Part shown: positions 1 through 9,686 of the stretch, in pieces | Numbering within the stretch: position 1 is the first letter of the stretch | Layout of the letters: each line of letters opens with the position of its first letter | Source of the DNA: Thermodesulfobacteriota bacterium | GTDB lineage: Bacteria > Desulfobacterota_D > UBA1144 > Nemesobacterales > Mycalebacteriaceae | Length of the DNA: 64,000 nucleotides | Assembly (NCBI GenBank): GCA_965226585.1 | Contig: OZ245366.1 | Coordinates: 896,001 to 960,000 of the forward strand | Direction of reading: 5' to 3' | Program-made: the position numbers and the translations under genes | Notes under the pieces: generated by a model | Databases searched by the model: none | What the model was told of the DNA's origin: nothing | Seen by the model: only the letters and a program-made list of their open reading frames with translations

Positions 1-492
1 CTCGGACGCGATGCCGTGGAGTTTGAAAAACGCATTCCCTCCCTTCTTCTCCGCATGATTGAAAGCATGGAAAAATTTGTTGAACTGGACATTCCATTTC
101 TGCGGGATGAGAGAGCGAAAAGAGTGGATTCTCTGAAAAAACTTATGGCTCGCGGAGACGTTACAACCGCAGAGCAGTTCCGCAGGGTTTTTGACGCCTA
201 TCTGGATGAGATTCAATACGGCAACACAATCGGGGCTTACGAGGGCGTGATTGAACTGAAAGGCAAGTCGCGGCGGGTTACTTTCCTCAGAATCGGAAGG
301 GTAGCCCTTCTCTATCAGACCGAAGACAGGTCGTCAGAGGGAATGTGGAGCCGGGAGAAAAACCGGTGGGTTCCGCTCGGCGGCGAATATTCGGACTCAA
401 TCCGGCGCGGCATAAGCGTTGCCCGTGAACAGGCGGCTCCGGGTCTTATGTTTGTTCCGGTGCAAGCCGCTTCCGGGGAGGGGAAAAACTGA
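1..492 (+). CDS. DUF3450 family protein, 5'-truncated by window edge
   Basis: Frame open from base 1. Motifs DIPFLRDER, EQFRRVFDAY..EIQYG, FLRIGRVALLYQT and C-terminal AREQAAPGL. Sits directly upstream of exbB-type genes. Confidence 0.8.
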   Translation, partial: LGRDAVEFEKRIPSLLLRMIESMEKFVELDIPFLRDERAKRVDSLKKLMARGDVTTAEQFRRVFDAYLDEIQYGNTIGAYEGVIELKGKSRRVTFLRIGRVALLYQTEDRSSEGMWSREKNRWVPLGGEYSDSIRRGISVAREQAAPGLMFVPVQAASGEGKN

Positions 493-493
493 C

Positions 494-1867
494 ATGAGTT
501 TTTCCGTCCGCATTTCCGCGCTGTTTTTAGCGGCGTTTCTGTTTGCCTCCCCGCTCTCTTTTGCGGACGGAGCCGAGAAGGAAGAGCCGGCTTCGCTTGA
601 GGAACTTCTAAAAGCGGTTGAGAAAAAGGAACTCATCAGAGCCGGTGAAGCCGCGAAACGCTTGCGGCGTTTTACCGAACTCAAAGACCAGAGGGAAAAG
701 ATAGCTGCGGAAGCTGAGAAAATAAGAGTCGCCGAAGAGAATCGCGGCAAGGTTCTTCAGGCGCAATACACGGACAACGACCGGACAATCACTGAATTCA
801 GGGAGTCCATAAGCCGCCGGCACGGGGGAGTAAAAGAAATTCTCGGATACCTCACCGTTGTTGCCGGCAAAGCGGGAAACGCTTTCAGCCGCTCGGTTGT
901 GTCCGCCCAGTTCACAGACAGAACCGCTTTTGTTGAGCAGTTGCGCCTCAACAGATTTCCCTCCATTGACGATATTGAGCGGCTCTGGTTTGAACTTCAC
1001 AGAGAGGTGACGGAATCGGGGCGGACTGCGCGGTTCAGTTCGCCCGTGTACGACTCGCAAGGCAGGCTGACCGAAGCCGTAGTTGTCCGTGTGGGCGGCT
1101 TCAACCTTATGGGCAGAAACGGATTTCTGGCGTATGACCCGCCAACCGGCCATGTGAAAGAGCTTTCCCGCCAGCCGCAGTCTAGCTTCCGCAAAGCGGC
1201 GAAAAATGTTTTCAAGTCTTCCCGCGGCGTTGTCAAAACCGCGATAGACCCTTCTCGCGGGGCAATTCTGTCTCTGTTTGTAAGGGCTCCGGGATTTTTT
1301 GAGCGCGTGTCTCAGGGCGGCGGCATAGGGTATGTGATAATTCTCGCGGGGCTTGCCGGGCTTGTGCTGACCGCTTTGCGGGTTCGCTCTTTGAGGAGAG
1401 TTTCCGCGCTTATGCGTGAGCAGGAAATGTCTGAGCGTCCGGATACGGCAAACCCTCTGGGGCGGCTTATGAAAACCTTTGAGGAACACGTTTCTTCCGG
1501 TTCCGAGGCGGTTGAAATCGCGCTTGCGGAAACTGTGAGAGCAGAGACGGCGCGTTTTGACAGATTTCTGCCCTTTATAAAATTCATCTACGTTTCCGCC
1601 CCTCTGCTTGGGCTGCTTGGAACCGTTGTGGGAATGATAAAAACCTTTCAGGTGATTTCCTTTTTCGGAAGCGCAGACCCGCGCCTGCTTGCGGGCGGAA
1701 TATCTCAGGCGCTTGTTACAACCGTTATGGGGCTTTGCGTCGCCATTCCCGTTTTGCTTCTTCACACTTTTATAAAAGGCAGAAGCAGGCGCGCGGCGGA
1801 AACTCTTGAAGAAAAAGCTGTCGCGCTTGCCACCCGCGCCGCAAGGGGAGACGGGAAAAATGTTTGA
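494..1867 (+). CDS. Long MotA/TolQ/ExbB proton channel protein (TtpC-like)
   Basis: ATG at 494 just after the previous stop. Signal peptide, long soluble region, then APLLGLLGTVVGMIKTF and GGISQALVTTVMGL. Confidence 0.88.
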   Translation: MSFSVRISALFLAAFLFASPLSFADGAEKEEPASLEELLKAVEKKELIRAGEAAKRLRRFTELKDQREKIAAEAEKIRVAEENRGKVLQAQYTDNDRTITEFRESISRRHGGVKEILGYLTVVAGKAGNAFSRSVVSAQFTDRTAFVEQLRLNRFPSIDDIERLWFELHREVTESGRTARFSSPVYDSQGRLTEAVVVRVGGFNLMGRNGFLAYDPPTGHVKELSRQPQSSFRKAAKNVFKSSRGVVKTAIDPSRGAILSLFVRAPGFFERVSQGGGIGYVIILAGLAGLVLTALRVRSLRRVSALMREQEMSERPDTANPLGRLMKTFEEHVSSGSEAVEIALAETVRAETARFDRFLPFIKFIYVSAPLLGLLGTVVGMIKTFQVISFFGSADPRLLAGGISQALVTTVMGLCVAIPVLLLHTFIKGRSRRAAETLEEKAVALATRAARGDGKNV

Positions 1868-2360
1868 CTGGCTTGTTGAGTTTGCCGACAGGGGCGGAAA
1901 TGTTATCTACCTTATCGCGCTTGTGATTTTCATTATCTCGGCAATGGTTTTTGACAGGGCGTTTTTTCTTTTCAAGGTTTTTCGCAACAGAGACAAGGCG
2001 GCGCGGGAGATAATGGAAAAAACCGCCGCGCCCGGAGACCGCCGGAACGCGGTCGCGCTTCGCCTGCGGGAAGTGGAGCGGATTGCCCGCGAGTTTTACC
2101 GCCCGATGCCGCACATAAGGTCTCTTATCGCCATCTGCCCCCTGCTCGGGCTTCTCGGAACTGTGGCGGGAATGATGCAGCTTTTTGACTCCATATCATT
2201 TTTCGGAACGGGAAACAGCAGAGCGATAATTTCCGCCGTGTCTCAAACAACCGTTCCCGCGATGGCGGGGATGACGGCGGCTCTTTTCGGCGCTCTGGCG
2301 GACACGCTTCTCAGGCGGCGGGCGAAAGCGGAGATTGAGGGAGTGAGGCGGCTTTTATGA
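1860..2360 (+). CDS. exbB: MotA/TolQ/ExbB family protein
   Basis: CPLLGLLGTVAGMMQLF motif. ATG at 1860 overlaps the end of the previous gene. Confidence 0.85.
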   Translation: MFDWLVEFADRGGNVIYLIALVIFIISAMVFDRAFFLFKVFRNRDKAAREIMEKTAAPGDRRNAVALRLREVERIAREFYRPMPHIRSLIAICPLLGLLGTVAGMMQLFDSISFFGTGNSRAIISAVSQTTVPAMAGMTAALFGALADTLLRRRAKAEIEGVRRLL

Positions 2361-2767
2361 GACGGCTCGGCTCTTTCGGCTCAGACGCGGAGGATCAGGA
2401 CGATTCCATAAACATGACTCCCATGCTGGACGTTATGTTCATTCTGCTCATATTTTTCATAGTAACGGCGTCATTTGTGAAGGAGTCGGGAATTGAGGTT
2501 TCAAAGCCTGAGGCGGAAACATCAGAGATTAGCGAAGGAGCCGCTTTTATTGTGGCAATTGACGAAAGAGATGAAATATGGGCTGAGGGCAGGCGGGTTA
2601 CGGGGCGCGCCCTGCGTTCCGTGCTGAGTCTTTTTCACGCCGAACAGCCGAAGGGGATGCTGGTGATACAGGCGGATAAAAGCTCTACAAACGAGGCTCT
2701 TGTGCTCGTTATGGACACGGCAAGAAACGCGGGAGTAAGAGACATCTCAATTGCCACGGAAAAATGA
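2357..2767 (+). CDS. exbD: Biopolymer transporter ExbD
   Basis: INMTPMLDVMFILLIFFIVTASF and VIQADK motifs. ATGA overlap with exbB. Confidence 0.93.
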   Translation: MRRLGSFGSDAEDQDDSINMTPMLDVMFILLIFFIVTASFVKESGIEVSKPEAETSEISEGAAFIVAIDERDEIWAEGRRVTGRALRSVLSLFHAEQPKGMLVIQADKSSTNEALVLVMDTARNAGVRDISIATEK

Positions 2768-3372
2768 TTTCGCGGAAGTATGGAATTGTTCTTGTGCTCG
2801 CGCTTGCCGCGACTGTTTTTCAAATATCAGTTATGAAGGGGCTTGTGCGCGACCGGGGTTTTGTTTTTGAGGAAAGGAAACCCGTTTCGGTCGGGAAGTT
2901 CATCCGCGTAAAAAAGTCCGCCGAAGACCCTGAATCAAATCTGTTTGAAGCCCCCGCGCGCAATCAGTCTCCCCCCGACCCTCCGCCCGGGGAAACTCCG
3001 CCGGAGCCGGAAAATGTTGAGACCGGAGAGTTTGACTTTGACGGCGCGGGACTGTCTGAGGGCGGCGGGCTTTTCGGAATGTCTTTTTCAGACGGCGATT
3101 ACCTCCCGATTGTGAAAGTTCCGGCAGATTATCCTGAAAGCGCGCTCCAGAGGGGAATTGAGGGATGGGTGCTTGTGAGTTTTACCGTTTCGAAAACGGG
3201 TTCGGTAAAAAATCCAACAGTTGTGCAGGCGGAGCCGTCCGGTTTTTTTGAGCGCGCCGCCATAATCGCGGTGAAGAAGTTTAAGTATAAGCCCAGAATT
3301 GTCGGCGGCGAGGCGGTTGAGGTTAGCGGCGTCCGCAACAGGATAGTTTTCCGCTTGGAGGACGCGCGATGA
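2764..3372 (+). CDS. tonB: Energy transducer TonB
   Basis: N-terminal TM, Pro-rich linker, YPESALQRGIEGWVLVSFTV...FKYKP C-terminal domain. Confidence 0.93.
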   Translation: MISRKYGIVLVLALAATVFQISVMKGLVRDRGFVFEERKPVSVGKFIRVKKSAEDPESNLFEAPARNQSPPDPPPGETPPEPENVETGEFDFDGAGLSEGGGLFGMSFSDGDYLPIVKVPADYPESALQRGIEGWVLVSFTVSKTGSVKNPTVVQAEPSGFFERAAIIAVKKFKYKPRIVGGEAVEVSGVRNRIVFRLEDAR

Positions 3373-4604
3373 TTAAACTCCCGGCGGTTCTGAGCATCGC
3401 GCCTTTGATTTTCGCGCTGGTTTTTCTGTTTTCTCCGTCTGCGGAGGGTTCGGTTATCAGCAAGGAAGTGTATGAGAAAGTGGACGAAATAAACAGCCTC
3501 GCGGACAAGGGAAAATACGACAAGGCGCTGTCCGTTCTTGATTCCGTGAGTGAGCGGGAATCCGGACGCTATGAAAAAAATCTGCTCTTGAGTATGCGGG
3601 CGCACATATATTCCCGGACGGGGAAAATCACGGAAAGTCTTGAGATATACAAAGCCCTGCTTGATAAGCGCGGTGTTTCGCCGCAGTTTCGCAGGGCGGT
3701 TGTGAGCGCGATAGCGGGAATATATTTTTCAGAAGAAAAATACACCGAAGCGATTGACTTTATTGACTCAAATGTCAGGTCCCCTTCCCTTTCTGAAAAT
3801 GCTTTGAAGGCGTTTTGTTTCTACAAACTCGGAGACTATCCCCGCGCGGCTGAACTGATGGAGAAGTCTGTCAGGGGTTCAAGCAAACCGCCTGAAAACT
3901 GGCTCGTTGTTTTGCAGTCTATCTACAGGGAAACCGAACGCCCCGAAAAGCGGATTGAGACCGCCCGGAAGCTTGCGCGGCTCTATCCTACGCGCAGAAA
4001 TATGCTTCTTCTCTCAAATGTTTACGCGGAAAACGGGCGTCCGGAAAAACAGATGGCGATGCTGAAGCTTGTTTACGAGGCGGGAAAATTGAAAAAGGAA
4101 AAATACCTTATGCTCCTTTCGCGTCTGATGTTTAACAGAGGGCTTTTCCTTGAATCCGCAAAAATCGCGGAGAAGGGAATAAAAGACGGGAACATAGAGA
4201 AAACGGCGGATAATTTTGAATTTATAGCGCGCGGCTATAAGCGTTCAAAAGAGAGGAAAAAAGCCGTTTCGCCGCTCAAAAAAGCCGTCAAATTAGCAAA
4301 AGACAACAAGCCCTGCGTTGAACTCGCGGAGTTATACGCAGATATTGAACGGTGGAGCGATGCCTCGCGGATGGCGGGCAAGTGTTTTGACAAACCGGAT
4401 GCCGGAGAAAATCACCGCCTTTACATTGTTAAGGGGCGGTCGCTTTTTAATCTTGGAAAAATCCGCAAGGCGCGCGAGGAGTTTTCCCGCGCCCGTGATT
4501 TCAAGCAGTCTGAAACTCTCGCGCTCAGGTGGCTGATTTACATTGAAGCGGAGGAGAAACGTTCAAAGCGTCTTTCGGAAGGGGGAATAAAAAGAAGGCG
4601 TTAG
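3369..4604 (+). CDS. Secreted tetratricopeptide-repeat protein
   Basis: Signal peptide and repeated helical TPR-like units. Last gene of the tonB operon, ATGA overlap. Confidence 0.78.
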   Translation: MIKLPAVLSIAPLIFALVFLFSPSAEGSVISKEVYEKVDEINSLADKGKYDKALSVLDSVSERESGRYEKNLLLSMRAHIYSRTGKITESLEIYKALLDKRGVSPQFRRAVVSAIAGIYFSEEKYTEAIDFIDSNVRSPSLSENALKAFCFYKLGDYPRAAELMEKSVRGSSKPPENWLVVLQSIYRETERPEKRIETARKLARLYPTRRNMLLLSNVYAENGRPEKQMAMLKLVYEAGKLKKEKYLMLLSRLMFNRGLFLESAKIAEKGIKDGNIEKTADNFEFIARGYKRSKERKKAVSPLKKAVKLAKDNKPCVELAELYADIERWSDASRMAGKCFDKPDAGENHRLYIVKGRSLFNLGKIRKAREEFSRARDFKQSETLALRWLIYIEAEEKRSKRLSEGGIKRRR

Positions 4605-4623
4605 AGGGCGGACGGGGGGATTT

Positions 4624-7488
4624 TCAGATTTTTCTTTCCCATGAGAGATAGTAGAAGCCGCCGTTAAATCCAAACGGCGCGGTTCTGCGCGAGTAGGTGA
4701 AAACGCCCGCAGAGTCAACAATCACATTTCCCTCGTGGTCTACAATTGTTCCGCCGCGCGCCTGCCCTATTACGTTTTTGTCGGGTTTTATGTCAAAGAC
4801 ATTGCTCGCCCCCACTTTGAGAGTTCCGTATCTGCCGAAATTAAAACCCAGTTGAGCATCGTTCACGTATTTGGCTGAATATTTCTGCGTTTGACTGCAG
4901 TTATTTGTTTCACATTCCGTATATTCCCCGTAACGGTGCGCGGTGAGTGTCGCCGTAACCATTCTCCAGGTGTAAGTTGCGGAAAGAGTCCACCGGTCTT
5001 TTGGTTGCCACGACTCTATTATTGAGCGGTCGCGCGCGGTGAACAGATCTTCCGCGAGTCCGGCGGGAAGAGTAACCTTTTTAATTTCTGTTTCGTTTAT
5101 CGTGCCGTTGAGAGTCAGGTTGAGGGTTGAGGCGTTTCTGAAGGCGACAAGCCATGAAGCCGAAATATCAACTCCTCTCGTTTCCGTGTCCGCTGCGTTC
5201 ATAAAAAATTGCGCGCTGCCTATGTCAAGGTGCTGGATGGACGGAGTATTTCCCTTTGTTATCTGGTCGCTCAAAACTATGCGGTCTTCAACGCGAATCC
5301 AGTAGAAATCCGCGGAGAAAGAAAGACTTGGAAACGGATTTAAGATAAATCCGCCGCTGAGACTTACGGATTTTTCCTCTTCCAGTTCCGGTATGCCGAC
5401 CTGTTTCGCGATTTCACTGTCATTGCGAAAGGTTCCAACCTCTGTCGGCACCATAACCCCGTCAACCAGATCGAACTGTGTGCTTGTGTTGTTCAGATAC
5501 AACTGTTGCATTGACGGGGCGCGAAAGCCCGAACTCATTGAGCCCCTGACTGTGAGCCATTCCAGAGGGCTTGTGCGTGAAGAGAGTTTTCCGTTCAGTG
5601 TTGTGCCGAAGTCGCTGTATCTCTCAATCCTGATTGCCGGAGCAATGGTAAAACGCTGAAAAACCTTTGTCTCCAAGTCTGAATAAAAACCAAAGGCGTG
5701 TCTTTGCTCACTGACCTCATCTCCGGGTTTGAATCCGGGGAAAACTTGTATTCCACCCGAACCGCCGCCATCTCCATCGTAGTCCAGATAAGAATACGGC
5801 TCTCCGGCTTCAACGGAGAAGAAGTCAATTCTGTAGTCAAGCCCCCAGGCGAAATGCCCGAAATCAAACGGGTGTTTGAAGTCCAGATTGGCGTTCACAA
5901 GCCCCAGTTTGAAAGTTCCCGAATCAGCGGAAGACGGAACCGCTCCGTTGGCGTTATAGACAATGTTGTTATCCAGGCACTCTTGATTTACCGTTTCTGT
6001 GCCGTCCGTGGCACCCCTGTTGTTAAAGTTCCTCGTGCAGTTCACATAAGAGGCGTTGTGAGAGTTTTTCACTTTGAACCCGAATTCGTTCCATCCGCCG
6101 CTGATGCTGAAGTCCACGCTTCCGGCAGACAGTTCGCGTGTAAACCCAACCTTTCCTCCCCAGTCGTTTATTGATGTTTCTATAAGCGGGAGAAATCCGT
6201 TCGGGTAGTCCGAGTTCGCGGGGTTGCGGTCAAGTTGGTTTGGTCTTCTGTAAAATCCGCCGCTTGTGTTTTCACGCAGGGAACCGGTCAGCCACATTGA
6301 AAAACCGGCTATATCTCTGAGCGGCATTGAAACCGTAACGGCTCCGCTGTATTGCACAGACTCCGCGTCTCCAACACGGAAATTGTCTCTGTTGAAAACT
6401 TTTTCGTTAGAGTTGTCCGCGCTGTCTGAAAGAACAACATCGCCGTCTTTCAGAACCGTGCCGTTTATGCCGGTGGTTTTGGCGGCGTTGCTTGCTTCCG
6501 CGATAGTGGCTCCATTTGCGCCAAGATTGTATTTGGCGGCATTAAATGTGGTTGCGCCGTAATCGAAAACAACTGTGTTGTCGTCTCCCTGAGTAACGCT
6601 TGCAAGCTGTACATTTGCTTTATCAAGCATAAGTCCGGGCTGAATGCCGCTAAAATCCGGAGCACTCGGAGGGGGCGGCGGTGGTTGGGAACCGGAATTG
6701 CCGCTGCCTGTATTCTGAACATCGGCTGAATGTTTTCCCACAACAAAATATTCCGTTTCGGGATACTGAACCGCGCCGGAAAGCCCCGCTCTGTTTGTGC
6801 GGTCTCTGTTGCGGAACTCAAAAGAGAAAAATGCCGAGCCGCCCTCTGCGAAACTGACGCCCTTTCCGGCGGAAGCCACATAGGAATTCCCGTCTCCTTC
6901 GTATGTTCTCCCGTAAGACGTGAAAGCCCTTCCCTCTTCAGCGCCGTTTTTAAGAATTATGTTTATGACACCCGCAACCGCATCCGAGCCGTATTGGGCG
7001 GACGCGCCGTCTCTTAAAACCTCAATCCTGCTTATCGCGGCAACCGGAATGGAGTTCATATCGTATCCCGAAGTTCCCCTTCCGACCGAACTGTTTATGT
7101 GTATCAGCGCGCTTCCGTGCCGCCTGCTGCCGTTTATGAGAACAAGAACCTGATCAGGACCGAGCCCCCTGAGAGTTGCCGGACGCAGAGAGTCCGTGCC
7201 GTCACTTATTGAAGAACTGGGAAAGTTGAAGGAAGCGACAATGGACTGAATTATGCGCCCCACTTCGGTATGCCCCGTTGCCCGTATTTCATCTTCGCTG
7301 ATTATTTCAACGGGAACCGTTGACTCTGAAATGCTTTTGCCCTCAACCCTTGTGCCGAGAGTCAGTACCTCTTCCACATTGCTTGAGCCGCCGGATTGCG
7401 CGGAAGCCTGAGGGGGTACTATTGAAAAGGCGGACACGAGGATTGCCGCCAGGGCGATAGCAAGAACCGGTCTGATGCTGTCTCTCAT
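4624..7488 (-). CDS. TonB-dependent receptor
   Basis: Signal peptide. Plug motifs LRGLGPDQVLVLING and RIEVLRDGASAQYGSDAVAGVINIIL. Barrel motif GFRAPS. C-terminal FNGGFYYLSW. Confidence 0.95.
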   Translation of the reverse strand: MRDSIRPVLAIALAAILVSAFSIVPPQASAQSGGSSNVEEVLTLGTRVEGKSISESTVPVEIISEDEIRATGHTEVGRIIQSIVASFNFPSSSISDGTDSLRPATLRGLGPDQVLVLINGSRRHGSALIHINSSVGRGTSGYDMNSIPVAAISRIEVLRDGASAQYGSDAVAGVINIILKNGAEEGRAFTSYGRTYEGDGNSYVASAGKGVSFAEGGSAFFSFEFRNRDRTNRAGLSGAVQYPETEYFVVGKHSADVQNTGSGNSGSQPPPPPPSAPDFSGIQPGLMLDKANVQLASVTQGDDNTVVFDYGATTFNAAKYNLGANGATIAEASNAAKTTGINGTVLKDGDVVLSDSADNSNEKVFNRDNFRVGDAESVQYSGAVTVSMPLRDIAGFSMWLTGSLRENTSGGFYRRPNQLDRNPANSDYPNGFLPLIETSINDWGGKVGFTRELSAGSVDFSISGGWNEFGFKVKNSHNASYVNCTRNFNNRGATDGTETVNQECLDNNIVYNANGAVPSSADSGTFKLGLVNANLDFKHPFDFGHFAWGLDYRIDFFSVEAGEPYSYLDYDGDGGGSGGIQVFPGFKPGDEVSEQRHAFGFYSDLETKVFQRFTIAPAIRIERYSDFGTTLNGKLSSRTSPLEWLTVRGSMSSGFRAPSMQQLYLNNTSTQFDLVDGVMVPTEVGTFRNDSEIAKQVGIPELEEEKSVSLSGGFILNPFPSLSFSADFYWIRVEDRIVLSDQITKGNTPSIQHLDIGSAQFFMNAADTETRGVDISASWLVAFRNASTLNLTLNGTINETEIKKVTLPAGLAEDLFTARDRSIIESWQPKDRWTLSATYTWRMVTATLTAHRYGEYTECETNNCSQTQKYSAKYVNDAQLGFNFGRYGTLKVGASNVFDIKPDKNVIGQARGGTIVDHEGNVIVDSAGVFTYSRRTAPFGFNGGFYYLSWERKI

Positions 7489-7505
7489 TTGCTCACTTAA
7501 TTATT

Positions 7506-8096
7506 CTATATCCTGCCTGAGAGAAAATCGGTGATTTTTTTCGCCGACACGCTTAACTCTTCCTTGTCGGTGTCAATGATAATGTCCGGGCTGGGCGGCT
7601 CTTCGTAAGGGTCGTCAATGCCCGTGAACCCTTTGATTTCACCGGCTCTGGCTTTTTTGTAGAGCCCTTTCACATCTCTCTCTTCGCATTTTTCAAGCGG
7701 GCAACGCACAAACACCTCAATAAACTCACCGTCATCAAGCAGCTCTTTCACCGCGTCTCTGTCTTTTATGTAGGGCGAAACAAACGCCGACAGCGTTACC
7801 ACTCCGGCATCAATAAACAGTTTTGACACTTCCCCTATCCTTCTTATGTTCTCCGCGCGGTCTTCCTCGGAAAAACCGAGACCTTTGCACAGACCCATTC
7901 TGATGTTGTCTCCGTCAAGTATGTAGGTTCTAACGCCGTCTTCCATCAGTATCTTCTGAACTTCGCCCGCAAGCGATGACTTGCCTGATGACGGAAGCCC
8001 CGTGAACCAGACGACAACCGAACCGTGCCCGTTTACCTTCCTTCTATCCTCTTTCGTTACGGCGTGACTGTGGGGAATTATGAATTTCTGTTCCAA
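7506..8096 (-). CDS. cysC: Adenylyl-sulfate kinase
   Basis: WFTGLPSSGKS, LDGDNIR, RDVKGLY, FTGIDDPYE. Start moved to TTG 8096, which has an AGGAG SD. Confidence 0.95.
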   Translation of the reverse strand: MEQKFIIPHSHAVTKEDRRKVNGHGSVVVWFTGLPSSGKSSLAGEVQKILMEDGVRTYILDGDNIRMGLCKGLGFSEEDRAENIRRIGEVSKLFIDAGVVTLSAFVSPYIKDRDAVKELLDDGEFIEVFVRCPLEKCEERDVKGLYKKARAGEIKGFTGIDDPYEEPPSPDIIIDTDKEELSVSAKKITDFLSGRI

Positions 8097-8268
8097 GTTT
8101 TGCTCCTTTTGCTCGCGCCCGTGAAATGCTTTCTCCGGTGGGAGCGGCGGTTTTGAAAGACGGCAAAATCTACAAGCATAGACCCGCTCAGTCAAGCGCG
8201 GCGCGGTTTGACAGTTCAGGCGGCGGGCAAGTAATATGTGCCGTTTTCAAACTTCACAGGGGGTTCAA

Positions 8269-8682
8269 ATGGAACAGACACTGTCAATAGTTAAACCGGA
8301 CGGAACATCAAGAAATCTCATCGGAAAGGTGGTGGGAACGTTTGAGGAGAACGGCGCATCAGTCCGCGCTCTGCGTATGATACGGATGACAAAACAGCAG
8401 GCGGAAGGGTTTTACGCGGAACATTCCGAACGCCCGTTTTTTTCAAGTCTGACGGAGTTTATGTCGTCGGGTCCCTGCGTTGTGATGGTTCTTGAAGGAG
8501 AAGGCGTTATAGCAAAAGTGAGAAAAATCATGGGAGCCACAAACCCCGATGAAGCGGATGAGGGAACGATAAGGAAGGCGCACGCGGAAAGTGTTGAAAG
8601 AAACGTTGTTCACGGCTCAGACAGCCCCGAATCCGCAGCGCGGGAAATACGGTATTTTTTCAATTCCCTTGAGGTCTGCTGA
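8269..8682 (+). CDS. ndk: Nucleoside-diphosphate kinase
   Basis: [31 protein letters not shown] 8269 follows AGGGGG. Confidence 0.97.
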   Translation: MEQTLSIVKPDGTSRNLIGKVVGTFEENGASVRALRMIRMTKQQAEGFYAEHSERPFFSSLTEFMSSGPCVVMVLEGEGVIAKVRKIMGATNPDEADEGTIRKAHAESVERNVVHGSDSPESAAREIRYFFNSLEVC

Positions 8683-8699
8683 AACGCCGCGAAACCGCT

Positions 8700-9686
8700 T
8701 TGAAACGCGATACCGATAAAAAAACATCCAACGTCTGCCTCATCAGAGGCGGTCAGGCGCTTCTTGTTGAGAGATTTGTGGAGCGCGAGACCAGCGCGTT
8801 CCTTGGTGACGCGGGAGGCGAACCCGCGGTTTTCTACGCAGACGAAACTCCCGTTGCCGAGGCTCTCGGAAACGCCTCAAACCTTTCCATGTTCGCAGAC
8901 AGAAAAGCCGTTGTGCTGAAACGGGTGGAAGCCGCAGACAAAAAATCGCTTGAGCTTATCAGTCAGTATTGCGCCGCGCCCCCTCCCCACACCCTGCTGA
9001 TTCTTGTTTCCGGCGATGCTTCAAAACCCGATGTCAAAATATTTGAAGGCGCGGACATAACAATCAAAGACGCGGGAAGCGACACGAAAAAGGTTTACGA
9101 GAGAGCGGTTGAAGAGGCTCGCCGCATGGGGCTTGAGCTTTCCGTTGCGGCGGCAAAACACCTTTGCGAACTCACGGGAGACGACTTGCTTGTGGTTGAG
9201 AGCGAACTCGCCATACTCGCTGAAATACACGGAAGCGGCGCGCGCGTGGAGGCGGGAGAGATTGACGCTATGCTGAAACAGCGCAAAACACGGGGCGCGT
9301 TTGATTTGACGGGAGCCATAGCGGACGGGCGCAAAGACGACGCCCTTGCCATACTTGCGGAAATATCGGCGCAAAATCAGATAGAGCCGCTTCTGCTTTT
9401 TTCTTCTGTCGCGTCAAGAATGAGAAGTGTTGTCAGGGCGTCTGCGGAGGTTGCGTCATCGCGGGGGTCTTCTCCCGAACAGCAGAAAAAACTGATAGCG
9501 AAACAGTTGAAGGTTAAGCCGGGAATGGCGCATTTTCTGTGGAAGCAGTCGCGCAACTTTCCGCGCGCAGGTGCGGAGCGCGTAGTCAAAATACTCGCCG
9601 GCACGGACAAAGCGCTTAAAAGTTCGCGCTCAAACGGTTACGAATTGCTCGCCGCGATGACGGTCAATCTGCTTGCGAAACGTTAG
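8700..9686 (+). CDS. holA: DNA polymerase III subunit delta
   Basis: SMFADRKAVVLK, ESELAIL, AFDLTGAI, TDKALKSS. Adjacent to rpsT as is common. Confidence 0.8.
   Translation: MKRDTDKKTSNVCLIRGGQALLVERFVERETSAFLGDAGGEPAVFYADETPVAEALGNASNLSMFADRKAVVLKRVEAADKKSLELISQYCAAPPPHTLLILVSGDASKPDVKIFEGADITIKDAGSDTKKVYERAVEEARRMGLELSVAAAKHLCELTGDDLLVVESELAILAEIHGSGARVEAGEIDAMLKQRKTRGAFDLTGAIADGRKDDALAILAEISAQNQIEPLLLFSSVASRMRSVVRASAEVASSRGSSPEQQKKLIAKQLKVKPGMAHFLWKQSRNFPRAGAERVVKILAGTDKALKSSRSNGYELLAAMTVNLLAKR

Noticed and set aside
608..1765. 385-aa minus-strand ORF
   Set aside because: Antisense shadow of the TtpC/ExbB gene with no recognisable motifs.
7489..8235. Cobalamin or TPP riboswitch upstream of the TonB-dependent receptor, and the long N-terminal extension of cysC
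   Set aside because: cysC occupies the upstream space. The extension runs through promoter DNA, and a good SD precedes TTG 8096. Similar track extensions of tal, rpiB, actA and the enoyl-CoA hydratase were trimmed for the same reason.
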